Shown here one piece after another: positions 42,215 through 50,510 of a stretch of DNA of 54,283 nt. The position numbers and the translations under genes are program-made. A model generated the notes under the pieces. That model had not been told where the DNA came from and searched no databases. It saw nothing but the letters and a program-made list of their open reading frames with translations. Within the stretch, counting starts at the first letter, position 1, and each line of letters opens with the position of its first letter. Where the stretch lies: positions 1 through 54,283 of IMG/VR virus record IMGVR_UViG_3300044568_001017; one strand, 5' to 3'. The stretch comes from a virus (Duplodnaviria; Caudoviricetes).

Positions 42215-42417
42215 TTGGTGAATTGTATCTCGTCTAGCATTTCAGATGGATCGCGCCACCCGTTTGCCATTGCCTCTATCCATAATGCTGGATCAATTGT
42301 AGCTGTATGCGTCCATCCATCTCGCAATTTTTTCTCTATTGCTAGAGTTTCTTGCGCCGCATGAATCTTCACTGTCCCTTCTTTAGAGAAGATAAATAAC
42401 ATGGTGTCTAAAATCAT
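42211..42417 (-). CDS. Hypothetical protein
   Basis: ATGA-coupled start at 42417 (MILDTM...). Confidence 0.55.
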   Translation of the reverse strand: MILDTMLFIFSKEGTVKIHAAQETLAIEKKLRDGWTHTATIDPALWIEAMANGWRDPSEMLDEIQFTK

Positions 42418-43310
42418 AGGTTGTTTATGTAATTGATCCATTCATTACGAATGATAGCCCAGTCTATTGATTTCCCTATTTCATAGGATTCATTACAGAG
42501 TGTTCTATAATAAGAAGAATCTGCTTTCATTTTTTCTATTTCGTAAACTGCTTTGTAGATGAATCCTTCTTCATCTAATGGGAGAAGTTTACCTCCCCCA
42601 TTTTTGAGGTATTCTGGTGCTATTCCAGTAGGAGTCCCAAGTACAGGTATTCCACAAGAGAATGCTTCTAACATTGGGTATGGATTACCTTCTACTAAGG
42701 AGGCAAAGATAACCAATCCTATTTGGTTGTACATTTGTTCAACTGCAAGGAAGTTAACTGATTCACTTTTTATTAATTGAAGGTTTGTTTTTTCAGCTAT
42801 TACATCTATTAAATGCCCACGTTTAACGTCATATCCTTGGTCTATTCTTTGTGATTTAGCAAAACTTCCTATGTTCTTTAGTTCTGAACTATTATTTTTA
42901 GGATATTGGTTTTGGAATGTTCCTATCCTTAGTAGGCTTGGAACTCTACCTACCCCATGAGATAGTGATACATTTTGAAGCAATGGTGCTATGGCTGCGT
43001 AACCTCCTAGTTTATCAAACCAATCCTTCTTTCCTTCTCTAACTGGATTATAAACATCACAATCTTGGTGAAGAACGCCTATTGTTCTTTCTAGTGGGAC
43101 TCCGTATCTTTCATGGATTAAGAAGCATCCATAAGGAATTGACATGATATAGTCATATTTCTTTAAGAATAAGTCAAAATCTTTATGTGTGTATTGGTTG
43201 TTCCAGCAAGCAATGTCGCAATAGATGTCAGGGTGTAATGCTTTGATTAACTCATTATGAATCTTCCCAAATACCCATCCGTTGTGAATAAAGAATAAAA
43301 CCTTTTTCAT
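42414..43310 (-). CDS. Glycosyltransferase (GT4 / GT-B)
   Basis: SLVEGNPYPMLEAFSCGIPV (E-x7-E motif). Confidence 0.8.
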   Translation of the reverse strand: MKKVLFFIHNGWVFGKIHNELIKALHPDIYCDIACWNNQYTHKDFDLFLKKYDYIMSIPYGCFLIHERYGVPLERTIGVLHQDCDVYNPVREGKKDWFDKLGGYAAIAPLLQNVSLSHGVGRVPSLLRIGTFQNQYPKNNSSELKNIGSFAKSQRIDQGYDVKRGHLIDVIAEKTNLQLIKSESVNFLAVEQMYNQIGLVIFASLVEGNPYPMLEAFSCGIPVLGTPTGIAPEYLKNGGGKLLPLDEEGFIYKAVYEIEKMKADSSYYRTLCNESYEIGKSIDWAIIRNEWINYINNL

Positions 43311-43906
43311 TTAGTTATAGTTAGATTTTCCGAATGGAATTTTATATTAGGAAACATCTTGTGAAGTGAGAATGCAATTTTATCTATCTGATTGGTATTT
43401 CCGTACCTTCCTACGATATATTCTACTGTTATTGAATTACAGGATATTTTATTAGCAAGAATGCTTTTTGCTACTTCTTTAAATATAATGTGATCATGTC
43501 CCTCTGTGTCTATTTTAAGAATGTCAATATGATCTATATTGTATTTAGATATAAGATTATCAAATGATATGACGTTGATCTTCTTTGATTCTATAATTGA
43601 TAAGGGAACTCCAAAGTTATTAAGATAGTGTACTACAACAACGTGAGGTTCATTTATCTTGCTGCATCCCTTTATCCACATTGGAAGATTATGTGATATA
43701 ATCTTTTCTTCTGGAACATAGAATATATCAATTGATCCATCCTTATCTGAACAGGCTGAGTTTTCCTTTTGGATGTTTTCTCCAGATGGAAGCCTGTTTA
43801 AGTACTCTTCCATTGGTTCAACTAGAAGATAGTTTTTATCTTTAGAGAATACTCCATCAGCAACTTCAAAGTCACACGTCCCTATATCTACATAGTCGTA
43901 GTTCAT
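43307..43906 (-). CDS. FkbM-family methyltransferase
   Basis: VDIG, VEP, IDILKIDTEGHD motifs. Confidence 0.8.
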   Translation of the reverse strand: MNYDYVDIGTCDFEVADGVFSKDKNYLLVEPMEEYLNRLPSGENIQKENSACSDKDGSIDIFYVPEEKIISHNLPMWIKGCSKINEPHVVVVHYLNNFGVPLSIIESKKINVISFDNLISKYNIDHIDILKIDTEGHDHIIFKEVAKSILANKISCNSITVEYIVGRYGNTNQIDKIAFSLHKMFPNIKFHSENLTITK

Positions 43907-45009
43907 GGATAGTATTTGTAGAGTGAGTTAAGTCCGTTCCCGTCTGCGTACCATCCCCGACCTTGGTAGATGTCTAGGATGTCATTGAAGTATTTCTCGT
44001 ACATTGGAGCTACTTTATCTAAGGTGAAGTTCTTGCCGAAGGCTAGGCAGTCTTGTGGTCTGATTTTCTTAATATTGTGCATGGCATCTATGAAGTCACC
44101 CATAGTCCTGCATCGGTATCCTGTGATCCCGTGTGGGTTGTTTTCAGCGAAGCAGCCCCAGTCTGTAGTTAGGGTAGGAGTACCAGAGAGTAAGTTCTCT
44201 ACTTGGACTCCCCCGAAGGGTTCTACATACATTGAGGGGATGAAGGAAGCTGTGGCGTTGGACATTAACTTCTTTCTCATGTTAACGTCTGCGTAGCCTA
44301 CATATTCAACGTGATCTGGGAGTTTGTAACCTTCCTCTTTTTGCCCAGCTATCACTAGTCTTTTACCTAAGATTTCAGTCGCTTGAATAGCAACTTCAAC
44401 TCCCTTACCAGAATATACCCGACCAAGGTAAAGATAGTAATCCTCTTTTTTCTCGTTATAATCGAAATCATCAAGATCAAAATAGTTGGGTATGACAACT
44501 TCATACCAGTCTTGTCTACAGGAACCTACACCTTGCATACCAGCATAAGCATGGTAGATGGCATAGGATTCAAATACTTTAAATCGCGCCCAGTGACCAC
44601 CAGCATATCCAATGCCGGGTTCAACTACAATCATATCTTGATGAGCGTCACAGATCGGTCTGACTCCTGATCCCCAAAAGGGGAGAATAAAGTCATGTTT
44701 TTGTTTTCTCTTACCTACTTCTTTAATAGCGTTTTTATAGAAGGTTTGATAAGCATGATCGTTAGTATCAAACTTAAAAAATGTCTTACGCCAGTCATGG
44801 CTTCCATAGGATTTCTTAAAGTCATCATTGGTTAATACAGTAACGTGTTCAGTGCATGGTAAGTCTGAGTCTTCATGCCCGTAGTGGATGACTTCATGCC
44901 CACGTTCCGTCATCATCTTTCCGAATTTAACTACCTTTTGTGTATAAGCACAGGCATTAAACTCTTTAGATGAGACCGTGTGAGGAAGCCCTAAAATATG
45001 GTATCTCAT
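43903..45009 (-). CDS. Glycosyltransferase (GT4 / GT-B)
   Basis: YLGR...KG, EPFGGVQVENLLSGTP. Confidence 0.85.
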   Translation of the reverse strand: MRYHILGLPHTVSSKEFNACAYTQKVVKFGKMMTERGHEVIHYGHEDSDLPCTEHVTVLTNDDFKKSYGSHDWRKTFFKFDTNDHAYQTFYKNAIKEVGKRKQKHDFILPFWGSGVRPICDAHQDMIVVEPGIGYAGGHWARFKVFESYAIYHAYAGMQGVGSCRQDWYEVVIPNYFDLDDFDYNEKKEDYYLYLGRVYSGKGVEVAIQATEILGKRLVIAGQKEEGYKLPDHVEYVGYADVNMRKKLMSNATASFIPSMYVEPFGGVQVENLLSGTPTLTTDWGCFAENNPHGITGYRCRTMGDFIDAMHNIKKIRPQDCLAFGKNFTLDKVAPMYEKYFNDILDIYQGRGWYADGNGLNSLYKYYP

Positions 45010-45212
45010 ATACTTGTCATAAACTCTTTAAGTTCTTTAATCTTCTTATGTAGGTCTTCTATATGTTTAATATAAGAAGAGTCTACTTCGTAAGTTGTCC
45101 AGTTTGTTCTACACCCTAACTTGGTGCAGTCGCGCCTTCTCATTATCATATTTCCTTTTTCTCTTGAGTCACAAACACTAGAATTTGATCCACACTTAGG
45201 GCATCGTTTCAC
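45006..45212 (-). CDS. NrdR-like zinc-ribbon protein
   Basis: CPKC...V.DSR...RRRDC...C...TTYE, as in the NrdR N-terminal domain, without an ATP cone. Confidence 0.7.
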   Translation of the reverse strand: MKRCPKCGSNSSVCDSREKGNMIMRRRDCTKLGCRTNWTTYEVDSSYIKHIEDLHKKIKELKEFMTSI

Positions 45213-45451
45213 TTGGTTGATTTACTTCCCTTACATTTCCACTTCTTACGGGATAGGTTATTCGGGCTATTGGGGTCTGACTTCCAATCTCCCTTGATCT
45301 TAGCTGAACGAGCGCAGTAAGCGTCTCCTTTAGCTGTGCCGGGGCGGATTCGATCTCCACCATCCTTAGCCTTCCCAGCTTGACCATACTTAACAGTCTT
45401 AGTCCTGCCAGTAGCTGGGTTCTTTACTACCTTCGCAAATCTCTTTTCCAT
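45209..45451 (-). CDS. Small basic phage protein
   Basis: K-rich, YCARS...KKWKC. Confidence 0.7.
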   Translation of the reverse strand: MEKRFAKVVKNPATGRTKTVKYGQAGKAKDGGDRIRPGTAKGDAYCARSAKIKGDWKSDPNSPNNLSRKKWKCKGSKSTK

Positions 45452-45491
45452 ATATTATAAGTTTTGTGTAAACTCGCTAAACTTGTTATAA

Positions 45492-45638
45492 CTACTTTTT
45501 CTTTGCAGTTTTTGCTGATTGTTTGAATGCTTTTGCAGTTGGTGCGCCTTTGGCTCCAACCTTCCTCATCTTCTCGCCACTACCAGCGGCGATCCGTTTT
45601 TTCTTTGCTGCAATATTTGAGTATAGTCCAGTTTTCAT
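45492..45638 (-). CDS. Small basic phage protein (not in ORF track)
   Basis: MKTGLYSNIAAKKKRIAAGSGEKMRKVGAKGAPTAKAFKQSAKTAKKK. Confidence 0.7.
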   Translation of the reverse strand: MKTGLYSNIAAKKKRIAAGSGEKMRKVGAKGAPTAKAFKQSAKTAKKK

Positions 45639-45799
45639 TTTTTCTTTGATTTACCAGCTACGCTTAGAGCAATTGCCACAGCTTGTTTACGGCTCTTGGC
45701 AAGCGGTGCTTTCTTGGGGCCTTTAGGGTTGATGCCAGCGTGGAGTGTCCCACGTTTGTACTCACCCATGACTTTAGCTACTTTAGTTTTTGGTTTCAT
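45635..45799 (-). CDS. Small basic phage protein (not in ORF track)
   Basis: MKPKTKVAKVMGEYKRGTLHAG...SRKQAVAIALSVAGKSKKK. Confidence 0.7.
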   Translation of the reverse strand: MKPKTKVAKVMGEYKRGTLHAGINPKGPKKAPLAKSRKQAVAIALSVAGKSKKK

Positions 45800-46125
45800 A
45801 GTCCGTCTACTCCATCTCTTAGTAGTTTAAAGAACGTGGAGGCAGAGATTGTAACCTTCCAGTCTTTGTTGTTCTTCTTGTGAGCGACCGCCCACGCAAT
45901 GCCATTAGCATCACGCTCGGCCTGTTCGCAAGCCTTATCTAAATTTAAATTCTGTACGCATTTAACTTCAAAGTGGAGCTTACCTTTGAGTTCCTCGCAT
46001 ACTACGTCTGGGGAGTCTTGTCCTCCTGCGTGTTGTTGTCCACGTTTAGCGGTGTAACCTTCGGCGCGAAGTTCGTCTCTCCACATCCTTTCTCCTCTGG
46101 CTCCTTTAGCTCTTGAGTTGATCAT
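45796..46125 (-). CDS. Holliday junction resolvase (Hjc-like PD-(D/E)XK)
   Basis: SRAKGARGER...SPDV...FEVK. Confidence 0.75.
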   Translation of the reverse strand: MINSRAKGARGERMWRDELRAEGYTAKRGQQHAGGQDSPDVVCEELKGKLHFEVKCVQNLNLDKACEQAERDANGIAWAVAHKKNNKDWKVTISASTFFKLLRDGVDGL

Positions 46126-46298
46126 ATTGTATCCCTTTTGATTAATTCTAAAATAGCTTTTAAGAGTCTCACTTCCTCCCGCGCCTCGTCACGCTCGCGT
46201 TCTAATTTGCGAGAAATTTCAGCAGAAACAACTTTGTACAGAATTCCCTCAGAAGAATCTGACCATGTATTTGCGTCTGTCTCTGGTGTGTCACTCAT
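46122..46298 (-). CDS. Hypothetical protein (not in ORF track)
   Basis: MSDTPETDA...LERERDEARE...; ATGA-coupled. Confidence 0.6.
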   Translation of the reverse strand: MSDTPETDANTWSDSSEGILYKVVSAEISRKLERERDEAREEVRLLKAILELIKRDTI

Positions 46299-46609
46299 TT
46301 TGTTTCCTTCAATGCGTTTCTGGCAATCATCCCCATCTTTTCGCGGTCTGCATAAATATCTGTGCCATCAATAAATAAATCTTCGATCTTCATTAACGCC
46401 TCCCGCGCATCGTCGCGTTCGCGTTTTAGATTTTCATTTGTTACTTTCAATACTCGTTTGTATGCCTTTGATTTTTGTGCATCCTCCCTCGCCTCGTCAC
46501 GCTCGCGTTTATATTCAAGCATCTTCAAGCGATAGTTAGTTTCATCGTTATCGAGTTGTTCGCATAACTCAATAGCTACACTCAATGGATATGTAATCAC
46601 GTCACTCAT
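46295..46609 (-). CDS. Hypothetical coiled-coil protein
   Basis: Two RERD(E/D)ARE modules. Confidence 0.65.
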   Translation of the reverse strand: MSDVITYPLSVAIELCEQLDNDETNYRLKMLEYKRERDEAREDAQKSKAYKRVLKVTNENLKRERDDAREALMKIEDLFIDGTDIYADREKMGMIARNALKETK

Positions 46610-46800
46610 GGAAGCAAACTATCAATATCTTGTAACTCTGTCAATACATTTATCTGAATAAAGTATTCGTTGTAGATTTTCATTCCTTCGTTCCAGTAAT
46701 TCTCCGCTATACAATACCTCTCTTTGTCTTGTGACTCCCAGATACTTAATGCCGCATCCATGAATCTAGATGCCTTCTCGTATGCTTTATCTGTTGACAT
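46606..46800 (-). CDS. Hypothetical protein
   Basis: 64 aa, coupled to its neighbours. Confidence 0.6.
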   Translation of the reverse strand: MSTDKAYEKASRFMDAALSIWESQDKERYCIAENYWNEGMKIYNEYFIQINVLTELQDIDSLLP

Positions 46801-48050
46801 TAGAATACCTCCTCGATGCGTGAAGTCTCCCCGTGCATGATAATATCTATCCTGTAATCCTTCGGGCCGCGCCTGTTCTTCTTCACGGTCACTTGGCTTT
46901 TAGTTTTCAGATGCTCAACGTAAATAATCTGATTACTGTGCATCCCAATCGCCCGGCTCTCTCGTAACCTTCCTTCATCATTTAACTGGGAGGCTGTTAG
47001 CAGTACAAGTTTGTTAACGGATGCTGATACCTTTAACCTTCTTGTGATTTCAGAGATAGCATTCTCACGGTTGTCTACACCTTCAATGGATACGATCTGG
47101 AGATAGTCCACGATAACGACATCTGCGCGGTTTTCTCCCACATAGCGGTTAATATTTGACTCAATATCGTTAATATCACTGATGGCATCTATGATTTGCA
47201 GTGGCATACCATGCAATTTTGTCAGTGCATTGGTGATTGCGTCCAGTTCTACCTTGTTTGCGTTGAGATATTCTGCTCTTTCGCGGATCGGATAGCCAGC
47301 CATGTTGCAAGCCATACGAGTTAAGATGTCTTTGGCGTTCATTTCTAGTGAAAAGAAGATAACGGACTTGTTATTGAGTAGATTTGCTACTGCTGCTTGG
47401 ACTAGAAAGATGGATTTACCTCCTCCCGTCTCTGAAGCTACCGTCAATAACTCCCCATGATGCAGTCCGCCCCTCAAAGTTCTGTCTAATCGAATCATTC
47501 CTGTGGTGAAGCACTCTTCTTTAGCCTTACCTTCCATCTCGTCGATGATTTCCAAGATAATATCTTTGACTGGCTTGATTTTCACTCCCCGATCCTCCGA
47601 ACATCTCATTATCGTTTCCGATAATTTCTTCAAATCCGACTTTCCTACGCGAATATTTGGTTCTTCTTCCTCGATAACCTTGATGACATCGCGGTATCCT
47701 TTGTTTCTGACTAACTGCTTGCGGTAATCATCCGCCATATCTTGACAGACCTTCCCAGAAGCGATCTTCATCGTAGAAAGAATCTCATGTACTTCGTTCT
47801 CTCCTCCCGCCGCTTCGATCTCGCCTGTTGCTTCTAACTCAGCAATGGCAGAAAACGGGCAGCAAGCCCCTGTTCGCTGGTGAACCCCTTGGAGGGCAGT
47901 AAAAACCTTCCTGTGAGGCGGCAGGGCGAAATAATCCACCTCCCACGTTTGTTGCGCGAGGATGTTTCTGTCTATTGCGATTAAAGCTAACGCTGCCGCT
48001 TCGCTTTTGGTGGCTATTGGTACTGTTTTCATTAGTGGTGTTTTTTTCAT
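46800..48050 (-). CDS. dnaB: DnaB-like replicative helicase
   Basis: ASETGGGKS, FFSLEM, IVDYLQ, ASQLN, LRES, KNRRGP; likely start at MKKTPLM (48050). Confidence 0.9.
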   Translation of the reverse strand: MKKTPLMKTVPIATKSEAAALALIAIDRNILAQQTWEVDYFALPPHRKVFTALQGVHQRTGACCPFSAIAELEATGEIEAAGGENEVHEILSTMKIASGKVCQDMADDYRKQLVRNKGYRDVIKVIEEEEPNIRVGKSDLKKLSETIMRCSEDRGVKIKPVKDIILEIIDEMEGKAKEECFTTGMIRLDRTLRGGLHHGELLTVASETGGGKSIFLVQAAVANLLNNKSVIFFSLEMNAKDILTRMACNMAGYPIRERAEYLNANKVELDAITNALTKLHGMPLQIIDAISDINDIESNINRYVGENRADVVIVDYLQIVSIEGVDNRENAISEITRRLKVSASVNKLVLLTASQLNDEGRLRESRAIGMHSNQIIYVEHLKTKSQVTVKKNRRGPKDYRIDIIMHGETSRIEEVF

Positions 48051-48054
48051 TAGA

Positions 48055-48873
48055 TTAAAAGTTAGCGAAGCGTTCTGGTTTGATTGTGTTCTTGGAGCGG
48101 ATGACCCAAGCGGTGAGGAACGCACGGGTGTACTTACGTTCTGGGTGGGCGAGTAGCCATGACTGGGCGTTTTGCGCTTCACGCTCCACGTCCTTTTCTG
48201 GGTTTAGTTTTTGAAGTTCTGCTAGGAACTCAGCGTCTACTGGTTTTTGCACTTTAGGCTTCCTACCCTTGGGTGGGTTGGGCGGCGTAGTTTGCTGATT
48301 AAATAATTCAGAGGTCTGGAATCCATTTGAAGTTTTATCATTTGTGGAAGATGAGGCCATTGCCGAATTTTCCTTTTGTATTTCATTACTAGTATTAGGT
48401 ATTTTATTACTAGTGTTAGGTATTTGTATGCGGGTTTCACACACTCTGGTTTTACCACCCTGTGGGAAAGCCGTAGGGTGGTTCTCTTCAATTTCAGTAA
48501 TATTGAAACTTCCAAGAGTTGCATTCTGAGCAAACTTAACGCCGATATACCAACCTAAAACTCTACCATTTTCACCTATCCTTTGAACATCTTCAACTAG
48601 TCCAAGCTCCAAAAGATTAGCTTTTGCTTTTGAAAATCTTTCACGTCCCCACTTCAATCCTTCCATTGCAAACTCTGAAGTTGCTCTTGGTATGCTGTTC
48701 TTTTGCCACTTGCGGGTATAGCAATAAAAAGTGTAAAGTGCGATACAATCGCCAGCATTATCCATTTTAAGCATTCTATCAATTGATGGTTTTGTGATAC
48801 CAATCAAATGATCCTCAATTGAGCCAGCAGAAGTCGTTTCGCAACGCTCGTATTGCTCTATTTTATATTTCAT
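48055..48873 (-). CDS. Putative replication initiator (lambda O-like)
   Basis: N-terminal wHTH-like region, low-complexity linker with DNA repeats, directly upstream of dnaB. Confidence 0.65.
   Translation of the reverse strand: MKYKIEQYERCETTSAGSIEDHLIGITKPSIDRMLKMDNAGDCIALYTFYCYTRKWQKNSIPRATSEFAMEGLKWGRERFSKAKANLLELGLVEDVQRIGENGRVLGWYIGVKFAQNATLGSFNITEIEENHPTAFPQGGKTRVCETRIQIPNTSNKIPNTSNEIQKENSAMASSSTNDKTSNGFQTSELFNQQTTPPNPPKGRKPKVQKPVDAEFLAELQKLNPEKDVEREAQNAQSWLLAHPERKYTRAFLTAWVIRSKNTIKPERFANF
48385..48426. repeat. Tandem 21-bp direct repeat in initiator gene (candidate iterons/ori)
   Basis: ATTACTAGTATTAGGTATTTT / ATTACTAGTGTTAGGTATTTG. Confidence 0.55.
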
Positions 48874-49058
48874 TTAAAAAAAGGCGACCCCTTGTGACAT
48901 CGGAAAAGTGCGGCAACTGACGCGTAGGAGTGACAACGCCACAAGGGATCAAAATATCTTATGTTAATTTACTAACTTTTCTTATACCTCGGCTCCTACC
49001 CCGAAGGCACGATTGCTCGTACAAGACAGACACTACTACATCTAGTATTTCATGTCAA
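48874..49058 (-). promoter_or_regulatory. Promoter and structured attenuator-like leader of initiator gene
   Basis: TTGACA-N17-TAGTGT (49058-49030); hairpin loop GTAGGAG is complementary to CTCCTAC inside a large stem followed by T7 and the ATG. Confidence 0.6.
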
Positions 49059-49268
49059 GCGAATTTGATTATATTTTTCGCGCCACATTATCATCTCACG
49101 TTGATACTTGAACATCTTGATCTGATTTTTGCGCCAAAACTCATAAACTTGCTCTGGAGTCTGACCAAGTATTTGTAGTTTTTTCCAAGCATTCAAGTCT
49201 TCTAATGCAACCTCTAAAGATTGCTTTGCATCTTGCAATTCATATTCTAGTTGATCTTTTGTTTTCAT
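49050..49268 (-). CDS. Hypothetical protein
   Basis: Start at MKTKDQ (49268), right after a palindrome site. Confidence 0.6.
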   Translation of the reverse strand: MKTKDQLEYELQDAKQSLEVALEDLNAWKKLQILGQTPEQVYEFWRKNQIKMFKYQREMIMWREKYNQIRLT

Positions 49269-49288
49269 ATTTTTATCGGTAACGATAG

Positions 49289-49666
49289 TCACTCTAGACT
49301 AACAGACTTAATTTCATTCCGCGACCATTGATACATCTGGTCATTGATCTTGTCCCATATTTCATCAGCGTCATCTTCATTCTCACATTTGTAGATGTAG
49401 CGTTGTTCACCCATAGCATCATCCTTGATAAAAAAGTTAGACTGATAGATTGTTAGTCCAGTTGCGGCGGTAGTTGCAACAACAGCAGTATTATTTGGTT
49501 TGAGTGCCATGTTGCAGATGCCTTGGTCAGATTCATATTGTGCAATGAACCCAGTATTTAGTGCAGCAGCTAGAGACATATTTGTAATCAGAACTGTTTG
49601 CCTGATTGCGGCAAGCATACGCTCTGCTTCTTTATCTACTTCGTTGTTTTCGTTAGTGTTATCCAT
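49289..49666 (-). CDS. Hypothetical protein
   Basis: Start at MDNTNE (49666). Confidence 0.6.
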   Translation of the reverse strand: MDNTNENNEVDKEAERMLAAIRQTVLITNMSLAAALNTGFIAQYESDQGICNMALKPNNTAVVATTAATGLTIYQSNFFIKDDAMGEQRYIYKCENEDDADEIWDKINDQMYQWSRNEIKSVSLE

Positions 49667-49674
49667 AAGTAAAT

Positions 49675-49720
49675 AGACTATCAAAAAAGTGTTGACTTGT
49701 CAATAGGATTGGTTTACTTT
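49675..49720. promoter_or_regulatory. Overlapping divergent promoters
   Basis: + strand TTGACT-N17-TACTTT (49692-49720); - strand TTGACA-N17-TAGTCT (49703-49675). Confidence 0.65.
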
Positions 49721-49728
49721 TAATTGAA

Positions 49729-50010
49729 ATGAAGCATCCATTATACGAAGCCTACGAATCCTGCATGACTGCCTATGAGCAGTCTCGCTACATTCGTTCT
49801 ATTGGACGCAAGACCTTTGCCAATCAACTTCGTGAAACCCGCAAGAAGCTAGGGATGACGGTCAGAGAACTCGGAGACAAGATCGGCGTTACTGGATCGT
49901 TAATCAACCAGATCGAAGTCAACTCAAAGAGCATTCTGAAGAAAGAACAAGTGGATAAAGTGATCGAGCTATGTGCGCCGAAATTGAAAACTACTAGCAA
50001 TGCTGAGTAG
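49729..50010 (+). CDS. XRE/Cro-family HTH protein
   Basis: LRETRKKLGMTVRELGDKIGVTGSLINQIE. Confidence 0.85.
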   Translation: MKHPLYEAYESCMTAYEQSRYIRSIGRKTFANQLRETRKKLGMTVRELGDKIGVTGSLINQIEVNSKSILKKEQVDKVIELCAPKLKTTSNAE

Positions 50011-50296
50011 AAAAAAAGGTTTCAAAAAAACAGGGGCAAGGTTAAAGCCTGTTTCAGATAAGCGTAAGGTTCTGAACAAAGAATACTCTGAAGCGAGAAA
50101 GGAATACTTTACTACTCACCCAAACTGCGAGGTATGCGGGGCTGGAGCTACAGATATTCACCACAAAGCTAAGAGAGGAAAGAACCTTTCCAACATAGAA
50201 ATGTTTATGGCAACGTGCAGAACGTGTCATAATAGAATCCACGATAATCCTGCGTGGGCAAGAGAATTAGGATATTTAATATATGAGTTCAAATAA
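50000..50296 (+). CDS. Small HNH nuclease
   Basis: CEVC...DIHH...N...CRTCHNRIH. Confidence 0.75.
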   Translation: MLSRKKGFKKTGARLKPVSDKRKVLNKEYSEARKEYFTTHPNCEVCGAGATDIHHKAKRGKNLSNIEMFMATCRTCHNRIHDNPAWARELGYLIYEFK

Positions 50297-50510
50297 TACA
50301 TTCGTTTCAATGATCATCTGCGAGGGTTACCATGAAGATGAGAACCAAGCTAAGATTCTTTTCCAACAGCAGTTCAATCAATGCTGGGTAAAGAAAGCGG
50401 ACATCAAGACAATGGAAACACTAGGCTTCCACGATGGACGTAAGTTCATTCGTATTGTAATCCCAGAGGAAGTGGCAAACACGCTAGAGCTTCAAGGTAT
50501 TCTGGATTAA
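50283..50510 (+). CDS. Hypothetical protein
   Basis: 75 aa; convergent with terL. Confidence 0.6.
   Translation: MSSNNTFVSMIICEGYHEDENQAKILFQQQFNQCWVKKADIKTMETLGFHDGRKFIRIVIPEEVANTLELQGILD

Noticed and set aside
40992-47175. Partial palindrome look-alikes at 40992 (8-nt spacer) and 47165 (half site)
   Set aside because: They do not fit the 5-4-5 consensus and were not counted.
48051-48182. N-terminal extension of DnaB in the ORF track
   Set aside because: It overlaps the initiator gene; ATG 48050 right after the initiator stop is more plausible.
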